Shown here piece after piece: positions 28,334 through 39,279 of a stretch of DNA of 64,000 nt. The notes beneath the pieces were generated by a model. That model searched no databases. It was not told where the DNA came from and was given only the letters and a program-made list of their open reading frames with translations. A program made the translations under genes and the position numbers. The DNA is taken from contig CAZMSC010000003.1 in the NCBI GenBank assembly GCA_964568845.1, positions 1,608-65,607 on the forward strand, read 5' to 3'. Source of the DNA: an uncultured Candidatus Bathyarchaeia archaeon (GTDB lineage Archaea; Thermoproteota; CALKCG01; B24). Position 1 is the first letter of the stretch, and every line of letters starts with the position of its first letter.

Positions 28334-30523
28334 GTGTCTTTGCGGATACCTGAAAGTGTAAGACCCGTCTATTTGGATCCAAGTCAACCAATTGATAAGA
28401 GAGTTGAAGACCTCCTCAGCAGGATGACAGTTGAAGAAAAAATTGGACAGTTATGCCAGTATAGCGGTTTTACGGGCGAATATGAGAAGATGATCATTGA
28501 AGGAAGGATTGGGTCTCTTCTAAACGTTTTCGGGGCTGAAGAAACCAATAGAATTCAGAAGATAGCTGTTGAGGAGACGAGGCTCGGCATACCTTTGATG
28601 TTCGGTTTAGATGTCTTACACGGTTATAAAACGATATTCCCAATACCTTTAGGATTGGCGAGCACGTGGGATCCAGACGCCGTCAAGAAAGCGGCTTCAA
28701 TATCAGCTGCCGAAGCTGCTGCTGGAGGGATTCATTGGACCTTCGCACCCATGGTTGATATTGCGAGAGACCCAAGGTGGGGTAGGATAGCTGAAGGAGC
28801 CGGTGAAGACCCACACCTGGGATCCGTCATGGCTAAAGCCCTCGTAGAGGGTTTTCAGGGAAGAGATTTTTCAGGTTTAAATAATATAGTTGCATGTCCG
28901 AAGCATTACGTGGCTTATGGTGGTGCTGAAGGAGGGAGAGACTACAATACTGTAGACGTATCTGAGCGGACGCTTAGAGAGGTATACCTGCCTCCTTTCA
29001 AAGCGGCTGTTAAAGCTGGCGCTGGAACGATAATGAGCGCGTTTAACGATTTAAACGGAATACCTGCTTCAGCCAACCCATTTACACTTAGAACGATCCT
29101 CCGCGGCGAGTGGGGCTTTGAAGGGTTTGTCGTAAGCGATTGGAATGCTATAGGCGAGCTCATAAACCATGGAGTGGCCGGAGACGTATTTGAAGCTGCG
29201 GAGAAGGCTTTGAAGGCCGGTGTAGATATGGATATGCAGGGAGATGTCTACCGTAGAGCTCTCCTCCAGCTAGTTAAAGACGGCAGGGTGTCTGAAGATA
29301 TGATAAATGAAGCAGTTGGACGTATACTTAAAATCAAATTTAGACTCGGTCTATTCGAACACCCGTATGTTGACGTAGAACGCGCAAAGCGCGTAGTAAA
29401 GTGTAGAGAGCATGTTGAAGCCGCTCTTGAAACAGCTAGAAAATCCATTGTCTTACTGAAGAACGATGGAGCTGTTCTACCGCTAAGTAGAAGTATAGAG
29501 TCTATCGCAGTCGTAGGTCCTTTAGCCGATGATAAAGAGGCGCCACTAGGACCATGGTCTTGCTTAGGCGACCCGAGGGACGTTGTTACGGTACTCGAAG
29601 GGATTAAAAGTAGGGTTTCATCTGAAACCAGAATCCTATATGCTAAGGGCTGTGACGTAGACGGCGCATCTACCGAAGGCTTTAAAGAAGCCGTCGAAGC
29701 GGCTAAGAAGTGTAAAGTGGCGATCGTAGTCGTCGGTGAGAGTAGAGATATGAGCGGTGAAGCGGCCTGTAGAGCCTTTCTAAACCTCCCCGGGGTTCAA
29801 GAGGAGCTTGTTAAAGCAGTATACGAGACAGGAGTCCCAACAGTTGAGGTTTTGATGAACGGTAGACCCTTATCGATACCGTGGTCTGCTGAACACATAC
29901 CCGCCATTGTGGAGGCATGGTTCCCAGGTATTCAAGCAGGCTACGCTATAGCAGATGTACTCTTCGGAAACTATAACCCCGGTGGTAAGCTTCCGGTGAC
30001 GTTTCCACGAACCGTTGGGCAAGTACCCATATACTACAACCATAAGAACACTGGAAGGCCTCCATCCTCAGATAGATGGACGTCGAAGTACTTAGATATC
30101 CCATACACACCGCTTTTCCCATTTGGACACGGCTTAAGCTATACAAAGTTCGAATACAGCGAATTGGATATTTCACCAAGAGAAGTGACGTCTAAGGATG
30201 CTGTTAAAATCAAACTTAAGGTGAAGAATGTCGGTCACCGTGAAGGTGATGAAGTTGTACAACTGTATATAAGCGATCCTGTTGCAAGCGTAACTAGACC
30301 AGTTAAAGAACTTAAAGGGTTTAAACGCATCACGTTAAAACCCGGCGAAGAAAGAACCGCAGAATTCACGTTAACACTGGAGATGCTGTCGTTTCTAAAC
30401 CATGAGATGAAGCGCGTCGTAGAACCGGGACTGTTCAAAGTCATGGTTGGCTCCTCTTCAGAAGACATACGGCTAACTGGAACATTTACCGTTAAGAACT
30501 CAGTAGAGTTTCCTTGGAAGTGA
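28334..30523 (+). CDS. glycoside hydrolase family 3 beta-glucosidase/beta-xylosidase
   Basis: GH3 N-terminal (GFDVLHG, KHY.AYG) and catalytic nucleophile region GFVVSDWNAIGEL. C-terminal GH3 beta-sandwich. Apparent GTG start. Confidence 0.85.
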   Translation: MSLRIPESVRPVYLDPSQPIDKRVEDLLSRMTVEEKIGQLCQYSGFTGEYEKMIIEGRIGSLLNVFGAEETNRIQKIAVEETRLGIPLMFGLDVLHGYKTIFPIPLGLASTWDPDAVKKAASISAAEAAAGGIHWTFAPMVDIARDPRWGRIAEGAGEDPHLGSVMAKALVEGFQGRDFSGLNNIVACPKHYVAYGGAEGGRDYNTVDVSERTLREVYLPPFKAAVKAGAGTIMSAFNDLNGIPASANPFTLRTILRGEWGFEGFVVSDWNAIGELINHGVAGDVFEAAEKALKAGVDMDMQGDVYRRALLQLVKDGRVSEDMINEAVGRILKIKFRLGLFEHPYVDVERAKRVVKCREHVEAALETARKSIVLLKNDGAVLPLSRSIESIAVVGPLADDKEAPLGPWSCLGDPRDVVTVLEGIKSRVSSETRILYAKGCDVDGASTEGFKEAVEAAKKCKVAIVVVGESRDMSGEAACRAFLNLPGVQEELVKAVYETGVPTVEVLMNGRPLSIPWSAEHIPAIVEAWFPGIQAGYAIADVLFGNYNPGGKLPVTFPRTVGQVPIYYNHKNTGRPPSSDRWTSKYLDIPYTPLFPFGHGLSYTKFEYSELDISPREVTSKDAVKIKLKVKNVGHREGDEVVQLYISDPVASVTRPVKELKGFKRITLKPGEERTAEFTLTLEMLSFLNHEMKRVVEPGLFKVMVGSSSEDIRLTGTFTVKNSVEFPWK

Positions 30524-30547
30524 GGAAAGCGTAGATTGATGGTGTAG

Positions 30548-30622
30548 TGCGGCTGGCGGGATTTGAACCCGCGATCTGGGGCTTGGGGGGCCCCAATCCT
30601 AACCAGACTAGACCACAGCCGC
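30548..30622 (-). tRNA. tRNA-Gly(CCC), no encoded CCA
   Basis: Reverse complement gcggctg...cagccgc a. Anticodon stem ggggc/gcccc with loop cccccaa. T-arm gcgggttcaaatcccgc. Confidence 0.7.
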
Positions 30623-30714
30623 AACCTCTACTAAGTTTAGAATAGAAGGAGAGGTTTATTAATTTTTAACTCTTAAGCTTAAGGCGTTCCTCTAGTCTTT
30701 TAACGATCAGTTAA

Positions 30715-31236
30715 TCAAAGTGTCAGACGTATAAGGGGGAAGTTGTCTTTCTGACGTAAAATTTTAAAGCCATGTCTCAGGTAGAAGGCTAATGGACCAG
30801 ACGGGTTGTTTTCAGAGTCTGTCCGCGCGAAGGTTTCCACGGCTTTAAAGCCTCTCTTGCTGATTTCTTTTAAGAGCTCTTCAAGCATGACTGTTCCACG
30901 TCCTTTCCTCCGCTGGTCTTTCTCCGTTATGTAGAGACATGCGATGAATACGGCGTCTTCACTTGGAGGACCTGAAACATAGCTATTTACACGTGGAAAA
31001 TACTTTGCTGGTGCATACTGCATAAAACCTATCGCAACACCATTAAGACAGGCTATTTTAACGCAGTTTCCAAAAGCCTTCTCTACGACGCTGAGCCATC
31101 TTAGCTTCTCTTTTTCCACATGATTTTTAGACGCCTCATGTTGTAATTCGCCGTTCGTCTGCCAGTAGAGGCAGAACCTGCACGACGCAGGAACAGCTGG
31201 AAAGTTATGAATACTGATATTTTCAAAACTTAACAA
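30715..31236 (-). CDS. GNAT-family N-acetyltransferase
   Basis: R.KGRG..ML acetyl-CoA binding-like motif (QRRKGRGTVMLEELL). Confidence 0.55.
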   Translation of the reverse strand: MLSFENISIHNFPAVPASCRFCLYWQTNGELQHEASKNHVEKEKLRWLSVVEKAFGNCVKIACLNGVAIGFMQYAPAKYFPRVNSYVSGPPSEDAVFIACLYITEKDQRRKGRGTVMLEELLKEISKRGFKAVETFARTDSENNPSGPLAFYLRHGFKILRQKDNFPLIRLTL

Positions 31237-31296
31237 GTTCTCACATTCTCATGCTCTATGTATTTATGCTTTACGACTTAAGTTTAAGAACCATTT

Positions 31297-32805
31297 CTAA
31301 GATCTCTCCATAGCCATTTTCCCCACAATCTCCATAGCGTTTTTCAGACTTTTTTCAACCCCTGCTTCCCTATCTTCTAAACGCTTGATCTCGTTTTCCA
31401 ACATCTTTAACGTATTCTCTCTATATTCGAGAGCTTCTTTAACTATACTTGGACTGGGGCCTCCTATAACCCTCCTAACATCCACGAACTTTTCTGGGTC
31501 TAATGCATTCTTAACTTCTTCATCTGTCAATTCTAATGGCTTACCGTAGACTTTCATTGAAACCTCGTTCAGAAGCCTACTGTCTATTTCATCCGGTTTA
31601 AGCCTTCTTTTTAGAGCTTCAAGCACCAATGCTCCAACTACCGTATGTGCAGTTCTAAAGGCCAACCCCTTTTTCCTCACCAGGAGGTCTGCAAGCTCTG
31701 TTGCTGTTGAAAAGCCTTCGAGTACACTTTTCCTCATAACTTCCCTATTGAATACGGCCTTCTCCAAGGCTCCAGATATTATTTTAAGCATGTATTTAAC
31801 GGTTTCAATGGAATCCCACAGTCTTGGAGTAACCTCCTGCATATCTCTATTGTAGGTTAGAGGTAGGGCTTTAAGCATGGTTAAAGCCCCCATGAGGTTT
31901 CCGTAGATTCTACCGGCTTTAGCTCTAGTTATCTCCATCGTATCCGGGTTCTTCTTCTGAGGCATTATGCTACTAGTTGACGAGTATTCATCTGGAAGCT
32001 CTACAAATTTAAACTCCGAACTACTCCATAAGACTAACTCCTCAGCTATACGGCTTAAATTCGTCGCCAATATAGCTATGCTGGATAGTGCTTCAAGAAT
32101 GAAATCTCTGCTCGCAACAGCATCCATAGAGTTTTCAACGAGCCCATCGAAGCCTAGAAGCTCAGCAGTCCTAAAACGGTTTATTGGAAAACCCGTCGTA
32201 GCTAGAGCGCATGCACCGAGGGGTGACCTGTTAACCCTCTTATAGACGTCTAGCAACCTCTCAAAGTCTCTGGTGAGGGCATCAAAGTGGGCCGTGAGGT
32301 GGTGGGCTAGGGTAACTGGTTGAGCATGCTGAGTGTGCGTATAGCCCGGCATAATCGTATTCAATTCTTCCAGGCTCCTGGTGTGTAATACTCTCAACAG
32401 GTTTAAAAGCTCTTTAAGTATTTCTACAACTTGGCTTCTAACAGTCAACCTTAGACACGTTGCAACCTCATCGTTTCTAGACCTGGCTGTATGCATTCTA
32501 CCTCCGACGCTTTCACCGAGCTTCTCTATAACTCTAGATTCTATAGCCACGTGGATGTCTTCAAATGGACCCTTTACAAGCTCTTCATAGCCTAGACGCT
32601 CGATTTCCTCAAGCGCTTTGAGGATCGCTAAACCCTCTTCAGGTTTAATCACACCCTGTTCAGCAAGCATTATTACGTGGGCTTTATCAACCATTACGTC
32701 CGATTTGAATAGCCATCTATCTGCCTCAAGAGAGCTCGTATAGGCATCTACTTCCGGAGGTTTAAGTCCTTTTAACCGTCCTCTTCTTAAGATGTCTTGA
32801 CTCAT
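31297..32805 (-). CDS. argH: argininosuccinate lyase
   Basis: Fumarate-lyase signature GSSIMPQKKNPD. ~40-aa C-terminal extension relative to the typical ~460 aa. Confidence 0.85.
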   Translation of the reverse strand: MSQDILRRGRLKGLKPPEVDAYTSSLEADRWLFKSDVMVDKAHVIMLAEQGVIKPEEGLAILKALEEIERLGYEELVKGPFEDIHVAIESRVIEKLGESVGGRMHTARSRNDEVATCLRLTVRSQVVEILKELLNLLRVLHTRSLEELNTIMPGYTHTQHAQPVTLAHHLTAHFDALTRDFERLLDVYKRVNRSPLGACALATTGFPINRFRTAELLGFDGLVENSMDAVASRDFILEALSSIAILATNLSRIAEELVLWSSSEFKFVELPDEYSSTSSIMPQKKNPDTMEITRAKAGRIYGNLMGALTMLKALPLTYNRDMQEVTPRLWDSIETVKYMLKIISGALEKAVFNREVMRKSVLEGFSTATELADLLVRKKGLAFRTAHTVVGALVLEALKRRLKPDEIDSRLLNEVSMKVYGKPLELTDEEVKNALDPEKFVDVRRVIGGPSPSIVKEALEYRENTLKMLENEIKRLEDREAGVEKSLKNAMEIVGKMAMERS

Positions 32806-32959
32806 CAGAATCTATTCAGCATACTCTGCCGTTTATAAATAATAGCTTCAAGCTCAGTTTAAAAAACATTGGAGAACGTTGGCCTAGCCAAATGTATTTT
32901 CCACACTCTTTATATCGAAACTTTTATATTCTTCTTTCTCAAAGAAGAGAGAGGGCTTT

Positions 32960-34165
32960 TTGGAGTTAAAACCTCCTGCAAGATATGATGGAGAAACGGT
33001 GGTTTCAGCGTACAGCGGCGGTCTCGATTCAACGCTCGTAACAATACTTTTAAAAGAAGTCTACGGTTTTAAAGAAGTCATACCAGTGCTTGTAGACGTA
33101 GGTCAAGGCGGAGAAGAAATTCAAGTGGCTTTTGAGAGAGCTGAGAAGCTTAACCTAAACCCGATATTCTTCGACGCTAAAGAAGAATTTGTAAAAGAGT
33201 ACGTTTTCAAGTGTATTAAGGCTAATGGAAGCTACGAGGGATACCCAATAGGCACTTCTATGAGCAGGGTTCTCATAGCTTCAAAATGCATAGAAGTCGC
33301 GAAGAAGTACGGCGCCAAGTATATGGCTCACGGATGTACCGGTAAGGGTAACGATCAGTTCAGAATGGAGATAACGGCTAAGTACTTAAACCCTGATATA
33401 TCGGTAGTGGCGCCTGTTAGAGAGCTTAACCTCACAAGAGCAGTAGAAGAAGAGTATCTTAAGAAGTATGGGATAACGCCTAAGCCTAGGAAGGGGAAGC
33501 TCGGCGGCGATATAAACTTATGGAGCCACTCGATAGGGAGTGGACAGGTTGAGGACTTAGAGTCCCAGTATCCTGAAGATTACATATGGACTGTTCCACC
33601 CGAGGAGGCCCCAGAAAAGCCTAGAGAAGTCGTTATAGAGTTTAAGGGCGGAGTCCCAGTTAGAGTGGATGACATTAAAGACCCAGTTGAAATAATACTA
33701 TACCTTAACAGGGTCGGCGGAGAAAACGGCGTTGGACGTATAGATATACTTGAAGATGGAATGATAGGTTTAAAGTCTAGAGAACTTTATGAGGCTCCAG
33801 CCGCTACGATACTCCTTAAGACGCACCTAGACTTGGAGCATTTAACTTTGACTAAAGAGGAGCTTAGAACCAAGCGTGAAGTTGATAGGCTTTGGGCTGA
33901 CATGGTTTACCACGCCATGTGGTATCATCCTCTTAGAAGAGACTTAGATGCTTTCATAGACTCATGTGAGCGATACGTTAACGGCACCGTTTGGGTTAAG
34001 CTCTACAAGGGTAACGTAGACATCATCAAACGTGAGTCACCATACTCACTGTTCTCACCGGAGATGAGGAGCCTTAAAAGAGCCGGCTTCGACCAGAGGG
34101 ATTCAACTGGAGCTGTTAGAATAGCCTCACTTCTATACCAATTGCTCGGTAAACTCGACAGGTAA
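32960..34165 (+). CDS. argG: argininosuccinate synthase
   Basis: AYSGGLDST PP-loop and ArgG-typical downstream motifs. Divergent from argH. Confidence 0.85.
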   Translation: MELKPPARYDGETVVSAYSGGLDSTLVTILLKEVYGFKEVIPVLVDVGQGGEEIQVAFERAEKLNLNPIFFDAKEEFVKEYVFKCIKANGSYEGYPIGTSMSRVLIASKCIEVAKKYGAKYMAHGCTGKGNDQFRMEITAKYLNPDISVVAPVRELNLTRAVEEEYLKKYGITPKPRKGKLGGDINLWSHSIGSGQVEDLESQYPEDYIWTVPPEEAPEKPREVVIEFKGGVPVRVDDIKDPVEIILYLNRVGGENGVGRIDILEDGMIGLKSRELYEAPAATILLKTHLDLEHLTLTKEELRTKREVDRLWADMVYHAMWYHPLRRDLDAFIDSCERYVNGTVWVKLYKGNVDIIKRESPYSLFSPEMRSLKRAGFDQRDSTGAVRIASLLYQLLGKLDR

Positions 34166-34217
34166 AATACTCCCATTTATTTTTTAGCAAATTTTAAGTC
34201 TCTAATCTTATAGAGAC

Positions 34218-35477
34218 TTGCTTGAATTGATTAAACTGTTCTTTTACGGTGGTGTTGGAGGAGTCATAGGTGGAAATCAAATCCTGCTAGAGGACGGATC
34301 TACTAGGATACTCCTCGACTACGGGTTGAACTATTCACTTTGGAGAGACTACTTTGAATACGTGTTTGCAGAGCCTGGGAGCGTGAAGGAGCTTGAAATG
34401 GTGGGGCTTATCCCACAGGTGGAGGTTTTAAGAGGTTTAGACGCGTGCTTCATAACGCACCCCCACGGTGACCACTACGGTATGATGACAACTCTACCCG
34501 ATGAAAACGTCCAAGTATACACTGGTGAAGTTTCACGGCGTATAATAGAGTCTAAGCTTAAGACGCGGCGTAAGAGGAGGTTTGAGAAGATTGAACACTT
34601 GGATTTTAAAGCCGTACATTCGGGCTATAGGGTGAACGTAGGCTCTATAACCGTGGAGTTTCAAGCAGTAGACCACAGTATTCCGGGATCCTACTCTCTA
34701 ATAGTTGAAACGTCCTCCGGCTCGTTGCTGTACATGGGGGATTTTAGAACACACGGGGTTTTTAAACCCAAGGTTGACGTTTTCAAATTGGCTTTAGACC
34801 GACAGGTTAAAGCGGTCATCTGCGAAGGCACGAATGTAGGCCAGCTCTGCTCACCATTGTCGGAGAAGGATGTTGAAAACGGCATGGTGAGGATCCTATC
34901 TGAATGCAACAGTCTAGCGATAGTTGACATGTCTCCGGGAGATGTAGATAGGTTGAGGACTGTATGTAAAGTCGCCTCTACTTTAAACAGAAACATGGTT
35001 GTTACTAAACGCCATAGAGCCGTTCTAGAAGCCCTACAGGGAGTTGAGGGTTTAAATGCTCCAGAAGTCGGCAAGGATGTTTTAGACTATGAGGATGCTG
35101 GTGAAGAGCTACGTAAGAGGCCTTCAGAGTACATTCTATGCACTTCATTCTACAATCTTAGAGAAGTTGTAGACCTGTCTCCTCCCCCCGGAAGCATATA
35201 CGTGTTGAGTTCTTCTGAGCCGTTTGAAGAGGAGACTTTCATAGCCTTCAAAAGACTACAGAACTGGCTCAACCTACTGGGCGCAGAAGCCTACCATATA
35301 CATTCTTCAGGCCACGCATATCCATGGGAGCTCAGAAGAGGCTTGATGACGCTTAGAGAGCTACCTGGATTAAAACTATTCCCCGTACATACGGAATACC
35401 CTGAAGCCTTTAGAAGCATGTTTAACAGGTTTTTCGAAGTTATCGTACCGATCAGAGGGGCTTGCTACGCGATCTAG
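34218..35477 (+). CDS. metallo-beta-lactamase-fold hydrolase, possibly beta-CASP/RNase J-like ribonuclease
   Basis: THPHGDHYG HxHxDH motif. ~419 aa, within the size range of archaeal RNase J-like proteins. Confidence 0.5.
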   Translation: MLELIKLFFYGGVGGVIGGNQILLEDGSTRILLDYGLNYSLWRDYFEYVFAEPGSVKELEMVGLIPQVEVLRGLDACFITHPHGDHYGMMTTLPDENVQVYTGEVSRRIIESKLKTRRKRRFEKIEHLDFKAVHSGYRVNVGSITVEFQAVDHSIPGSYSLIVETSSGSLLYMGDFRTHGVFKPKVDVFKLALDRQVKAVICEGTNVGQLCSPLSEKDVENGMVRILSECNSLAIVDMSPGDVDRLRTVCKVASTLNRNMVVTKRHRAVLEALQGVEGLNAPEVGKDVLDYEDAGEELRKRPSEYILCTSFYNLREVVDLSPPPGSIYVLSSSEPFEEETFIAFKRLQNWLNLLGAEAYHIHSSGHAYPWELRRGLMTLRELPGLKLFPVHTEYPEAFRSMFNRFFEVIVPIRGACYAI

Positions 35478-36117
35478 AGAGAAGCTCTACCAGTTTAGAG
35501 ACAGTGTTTGAAAGGCTTCCAAATACGACTATGTCCGCGTTTTCAGCAACATCTTTAGATTTAGGGTTGAAGGCTATACTCAGCCCTACGACTTTAAAGA
35601 GGCTTATGTTCGACTCATCGTCTCCGACGGCTATGCACTCTTCTCTTCCAACTCCAAACCTACGTATAACGTTATCGAGCACCTTATCTTTCTCACCATG
35701 AGCTACTGTAACATCCACTTCACCAGTTAACAACCCGTTTCTAACTATGAGCCTATTCGCTTCTGCAAAATCCAAATCGAGGTCTAACATCGCTTTATCA
35801 GCTAAAACCGATAAACCAGCACTTATGACGCCCACTTTACAGCCTGATCTCTTAAACCAGTTGACGGTTTCATAAGCATCTTCAACATACCCTATCTCTG
35901 AGGTAAGCTCTTCGATCAGTTTAAACGGCACACCCCTCCACAGCGACACGTCTAAACGGGCCCAAGTCGCATAGTCCACTTCACCTCTGTAGAACATTTC
36001 AGCGTACAGCTTGGCTTTACCCCAAGTGCCCAATTTCACGTGTAGAAAACGCCATACACTGTCTACGTTTACCAGAGTCCCATCCAAGTCGAAAACGACG
36101 AGCTTGAAACGATCCAT
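35452..36117 (-). CDS. HAD-family hydrolase (phosphoserine-phosphatase-like)
   Basis: VVFDLDGTL motif I. K....GDDESN motif III. Confidence 0.65.
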   Translation of the reverse strand: MDRFKLVVFDLDGTLVNVDSVWRFLHVKLGTWGKAKLYAEMFYRGEVDYATWARLDVSLWRGVPFKLIEELTSEIGYVEDAYETVNWFKRSGCKVGVISAGLSVLADKAMLDLDLDFAEANRLIVRNGLLTGEVDVTVAHGEKDKVLDNVIRRFGVGREECIAVGDDESNISLFKVVGLSIAFNPKSKDVAENADIVVFGSLSNTVSKLVELLSRSRSKPL

Positions 36118-36572
36118 ACCCGTATATTAACTACCCACCGACAGTTTAAACTTTTCCCAAGAAAAGTTTAAACGTCGAAAACAGTTGCCTACACGCATTT
36201 TCTGAACAGCACCATTCCGTTAAATGCAGTCACATATTCGAACCCTGCTCCTATGAGCTTTAAAGCCTCCTCTATAGATGAAGCCATCTTAGCATAGAAT
36301 CCGCCGTCCTCGTATTGAAAAAACGCCCTCTCCATGTTCATGCAAACCATCGCGCCCCGTATGTTCCATATCCAAACATTTCTTTGACATCTATAATCCC
36401 AATCTCATGACACCCCACCGCCTCCCAATACCCAACTACCAGGCATCCCTTATCTTCAGAAGCCTTGGGTCGTTGAAGCCTGCAACAGCACTCAAAGACC
36501 CATCTATTATCCATCCCAGCTACTACGGTTGAAATATTCTTCATGGAAACCACTACGGTAGTGATCACCCGG

Positions 36573-36619
36573 ATTTCCGCAGCGGAAATATTTTCTCCGC
36601 AGATTTCAGCAGCGGAAAT
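36573..36619. promoter_or_regulatory. pair of 17-bp palindromes (atttccgcagcggaaat / atttcagcagcggaaat), centres 30 bp apart
   Basis: Read directly from sequence. First copy has perfect 8-bp arms; second copy has one mismatch. They lie in a degenerate region between the HAD gene and pdaD. Confidence 0.25.
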
Positions 36620-36810
36620 CTCAACGCCTCCACCCCCTCAAATCATCCGTCATGATGCCGCTTTTAAGCTACAACATAAACCGACTCCCAGCCTCAGGCA
36701 AAACACACCATAACCACTCTAAAGGAGAAAAATAAAACAGGAATTAAATGCGACGAAAACCCCTTTCTCTAAGCTTTTCCGAGAAAAAAGGTTATATAAC
36801 TGTTTTCTAG

Positions 36811-37305
36811 ATGAAACTTTCCGGTTTAACATTGACTCCGAAAAAGTTCTTTGTCACAGCAGGTAGAGGTTTAAGTAAAGTATCTAAGCTTAACGCCTTC
36901 GACAGGGCTTTAATAGACGCAGGTATTGGAAATTGCAACCTAGTACCAGTAAGCTCTATTCTACCTGGTGGAGCTGAAGAGTGCGGATTATGCGATATCC
37001 CAGCTGGGTCTATAGTTTTCGTCGTTATGGCTAAGATGGATGGGTCTGAGGGTGAAACGTTGGGCGCGGGAATAGCATGGGCCTGGGAGGAGAACGGAAG
37101 ATTCGGCATAGTCGTTGAAGCCCACGATAATATGGATCATGAGAGGCTTAAAACAGCTTTAAACGATAGGCTTAACGAAATGGCCGTCATGAGAGGCATC
37201 AAACTTAAAAACGTTAAGTATAGAGTTGAAAGCTTAAACGTTCCCAAGGGGTTTTACGGCTCAGTCGTAGCGGCTTTAGTATTCCTCCCCCAGAACATGA
37301 CATAG
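36811..37305 (+). CDS. pdaD: pyruvoyl-dependent arginine decarboxylase
   Basis: ~164 aa with self-cleavage site motif NLVPVSSILP. Confidence 0.75.
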   Translation: MKLSGLTLTPKKFFVTAGRGLSKVSKLNAFDRALIDAGIGNCNLVPVSSILPGGAEECGLCDIPAGSIVFVVMAKMDGSEGETLGAGIAWAWEENGRFGIVVEAHDNMDHERLKTALNDRLNEMAVMRGIKLKNVKYRVESLNVPKGFYGSVVAALVFLPQNMT

Positions 37306-37420
37306 TAGGATTGCATGGCCGTTTATGGATGTATGCGGCTCCCCCCATTATTTCACAAAGACTTCCCCATCGAGCTTTAGGATAAATCTATTAAACTGCT
37401 GATTAAGATTTCAATGTTAA

Positions 37421-38509
37421 GTGGGCGTTGTGTTTAAACGGAGAATCCTACTAGTTATACTTATAGCTTTCTCAACAACAACTTTAATATCGACCCTCAT
37501 GCTCCTAAGAGACCCGCTTATACTGCACCCCGAGCTCAGAGGCATTAAGAAGCCAACGCTGAACTTAGAGCATATTCCAAAACTCGTACTCGCATTCTAC
37601 TACCCATGGTACGGTACACCCGAGGGGCCTACGGGATTTTGGAGACACTGGGATGAAGGTGGACATAACCCCGACTTGTTTCTAGATGGTAGGAGAGACT
37701 TAGGTGCAACCGACTACCCTATTAATGGACCCTACGATTCTAAAGATGAACATGTTATAGCCTGGCACTTCAAGCTTGCAGAAGAGGCCGGCATAGACGG
37801 TTTCATAGTTAGCTGGTGGGGTTTTGAAACGTTTGAAGATGAGGTTTTCCGCATAATGTTGAAGGCCGCCGAGGAAGCTAATACCTCCGTAAAATTGACC
37901 GTATACTATGAGATTATCCACGGAGGTAGAGATGAAGCCGTTAAAGATATTGAGCGGATCCTCCGAGATTACGGAAGCCAAGAAGCCTTCCTCAAAGTTC
38001 AAGAGCACCCTGTGGTCTTCATATACTCTAGAGCCCTACACCAGTTAAGTTATAGGGATTGGGATTACGTGATCAGAAAAGTACGTTACGATGGGTTTAA
38101 AGTCCTACTAATAGCCGATAGTTTCGACGAAGATGCGGCTGAAGTATTCGATGGATTGCACACGTACAACCCAGTTGGAATACTACATGGAGGTGGAAAC
38201 TTGAAAGACGTATACTTTAACGCTAAGACCGTAGCCGATAAGTATGGTGTCATATTCTCAGCCACAGCATTACCGGGATACGATGATACCCATATAAGAC
38301 AGCCTGGACTCACATACCCCCGGAGGGGCGGCGACACCTACAGGGAGACTTGGGAGGCCGTTTACGAATCTAACGCGAATTGGGCGCTTATATGCTCATG
38401 GAATGAGTGGCATGAAGGCAGTGAAGTAGAGCCGAGTTTAGAGTATGGAGGATTATACTTGAATATTACGGCTGAGAACGCGGGGAGGTTTAAAGGCTCC
38501 TCTGATTAG
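37421..38509 (+). CDS. membrane-anchored/secreted glycoside hydrolase, GH99-like TIM barrel
   Basis: N-terminal TM/signal. YYPWYG...WHF...DGFIVSWWG pattern. Confidence 0.4.
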   Translation: MGVVFKRRILLVILIAFSTTTLISTLMLLRDPLILHPELRGIKKPTLNLEHIPKLVLAFYYPWYGTPEGPTGFWRHWDEGGHNPDLFLDGRRDLGATDYPINGPYDSKDEHVIAWHFKLAEEAGIDGFIVSWWGFETFEDEVFRIMLKAAEEANTSVKLTVYYEIIHGGRDEAVKDIERILRDYGSQEAFLKVQEHPVVFIYSRALHQLSYRDWDYVIRKVRYDGFKVLLIADSFDEDAAEVFDGLHTYNPVGILHGGGNLKDVYFNAKTVADKYGVIFSATALPGYDDTHIRQPGLTYPRRGGDTYRETWEAVYESNANWALICSWNEWHEGSEVEPSLEYGGLYLNITAENAGRFKGSSD

Positions 38510-39279
38510 CTTATGTATGTTATACTCTCCCCCTTCATCCTATCTATCGTCTTCTCAAGACTTTTCATCTCGGCTTCAACTTCTGAAATCGCTTCACCTA
38601 TTTCGCCGAGTATGTCTCTTTTAAGACCTTCCAAGGGTATTTCCACGTTGAAAAGCTTACTTAAAACTTTGAGAACCTCTCCGGCTGACCTAATATCAAC
38701 AACGTAGCCCGACGTCTCTCCGAGAAGACATATACCAGTCAAATCGTAGAATTCAGCTAAACCCACGATTATCCCAGCCAATCCGACTATCGGGTTACCC
38801 CATCCACCCACCCTAACACCTGCATTTTTAAGCTGTTCAAGTGTTTCACGTTTCGTTGAAGCACCTATTACCATTGGAGTCGGGTTTTTTGAAATGCTCT
38901 GGTAGCCTCCCAAAGCTATAACCGTGTCAACACCCTTCTCTTTGACGTAGTTTAAAAGCTCGGAGACAATTATATAACCGCCTTCAATACTTTGAGGCTG
39001 AGCATCTCCGGTTAAAAGTAGAAGATCTCTACCGTTTTCCTTCGGGCTACCCCAGTAGTATAGTTCAAGCCTCAGAAGCCTAACAATACCATTTTCATCA
39101 GACAAAACATGGTATGGGAAGTACGGCGAATAAAACTCTGCGATTTTCTCAGCCTTTAAAACGTTAACCATGTGGATGACGGCTAATTTACCGATGTAGC
39201 CTAAGCCTGGAAAACCAGCTATGAGTACGGGGTTTCTAGGCTGTATTTTCCTAAGCTCTCTGATTTCAACCTTTCTCAA
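38506..39279 (-). CDS. PAC2-family (proteasome assembly chaperone-like) protein
   Basis: N-terminus VLIAGFPGLGYIGKLA. ~257 aa. TTG start overlapping the Nop10 stop. Confidence 0.55.
   Translation of the reverse strand: MRKVEIRELRKIQPRNPVLIAGFPGLGYIGKLAVIHMVNVLKAEKIAEFYSPYFPYHVLSDENGIVRLLRLELYYWGSPKENGRDLLLLTGDAQPQSIEGGYIIVSELLNYVKEKGVDTVIALGGYQSISKNPTPMVIGASTKRETLEQLKNAGVRVGGWGNPIVGLAGIIVGLAEFYDLTGICLLGETSGYVVDIRSAGEVLKVLSKLFNVEIPLEGLKRDILGEIGEAISEVEAEMKSLEKTIDRMKGESITYIS

Noticed and set aside
36807-37109. 100-aa minus-strand ORF
   Set aside because: Antisense to the confidently called pdaD gene.
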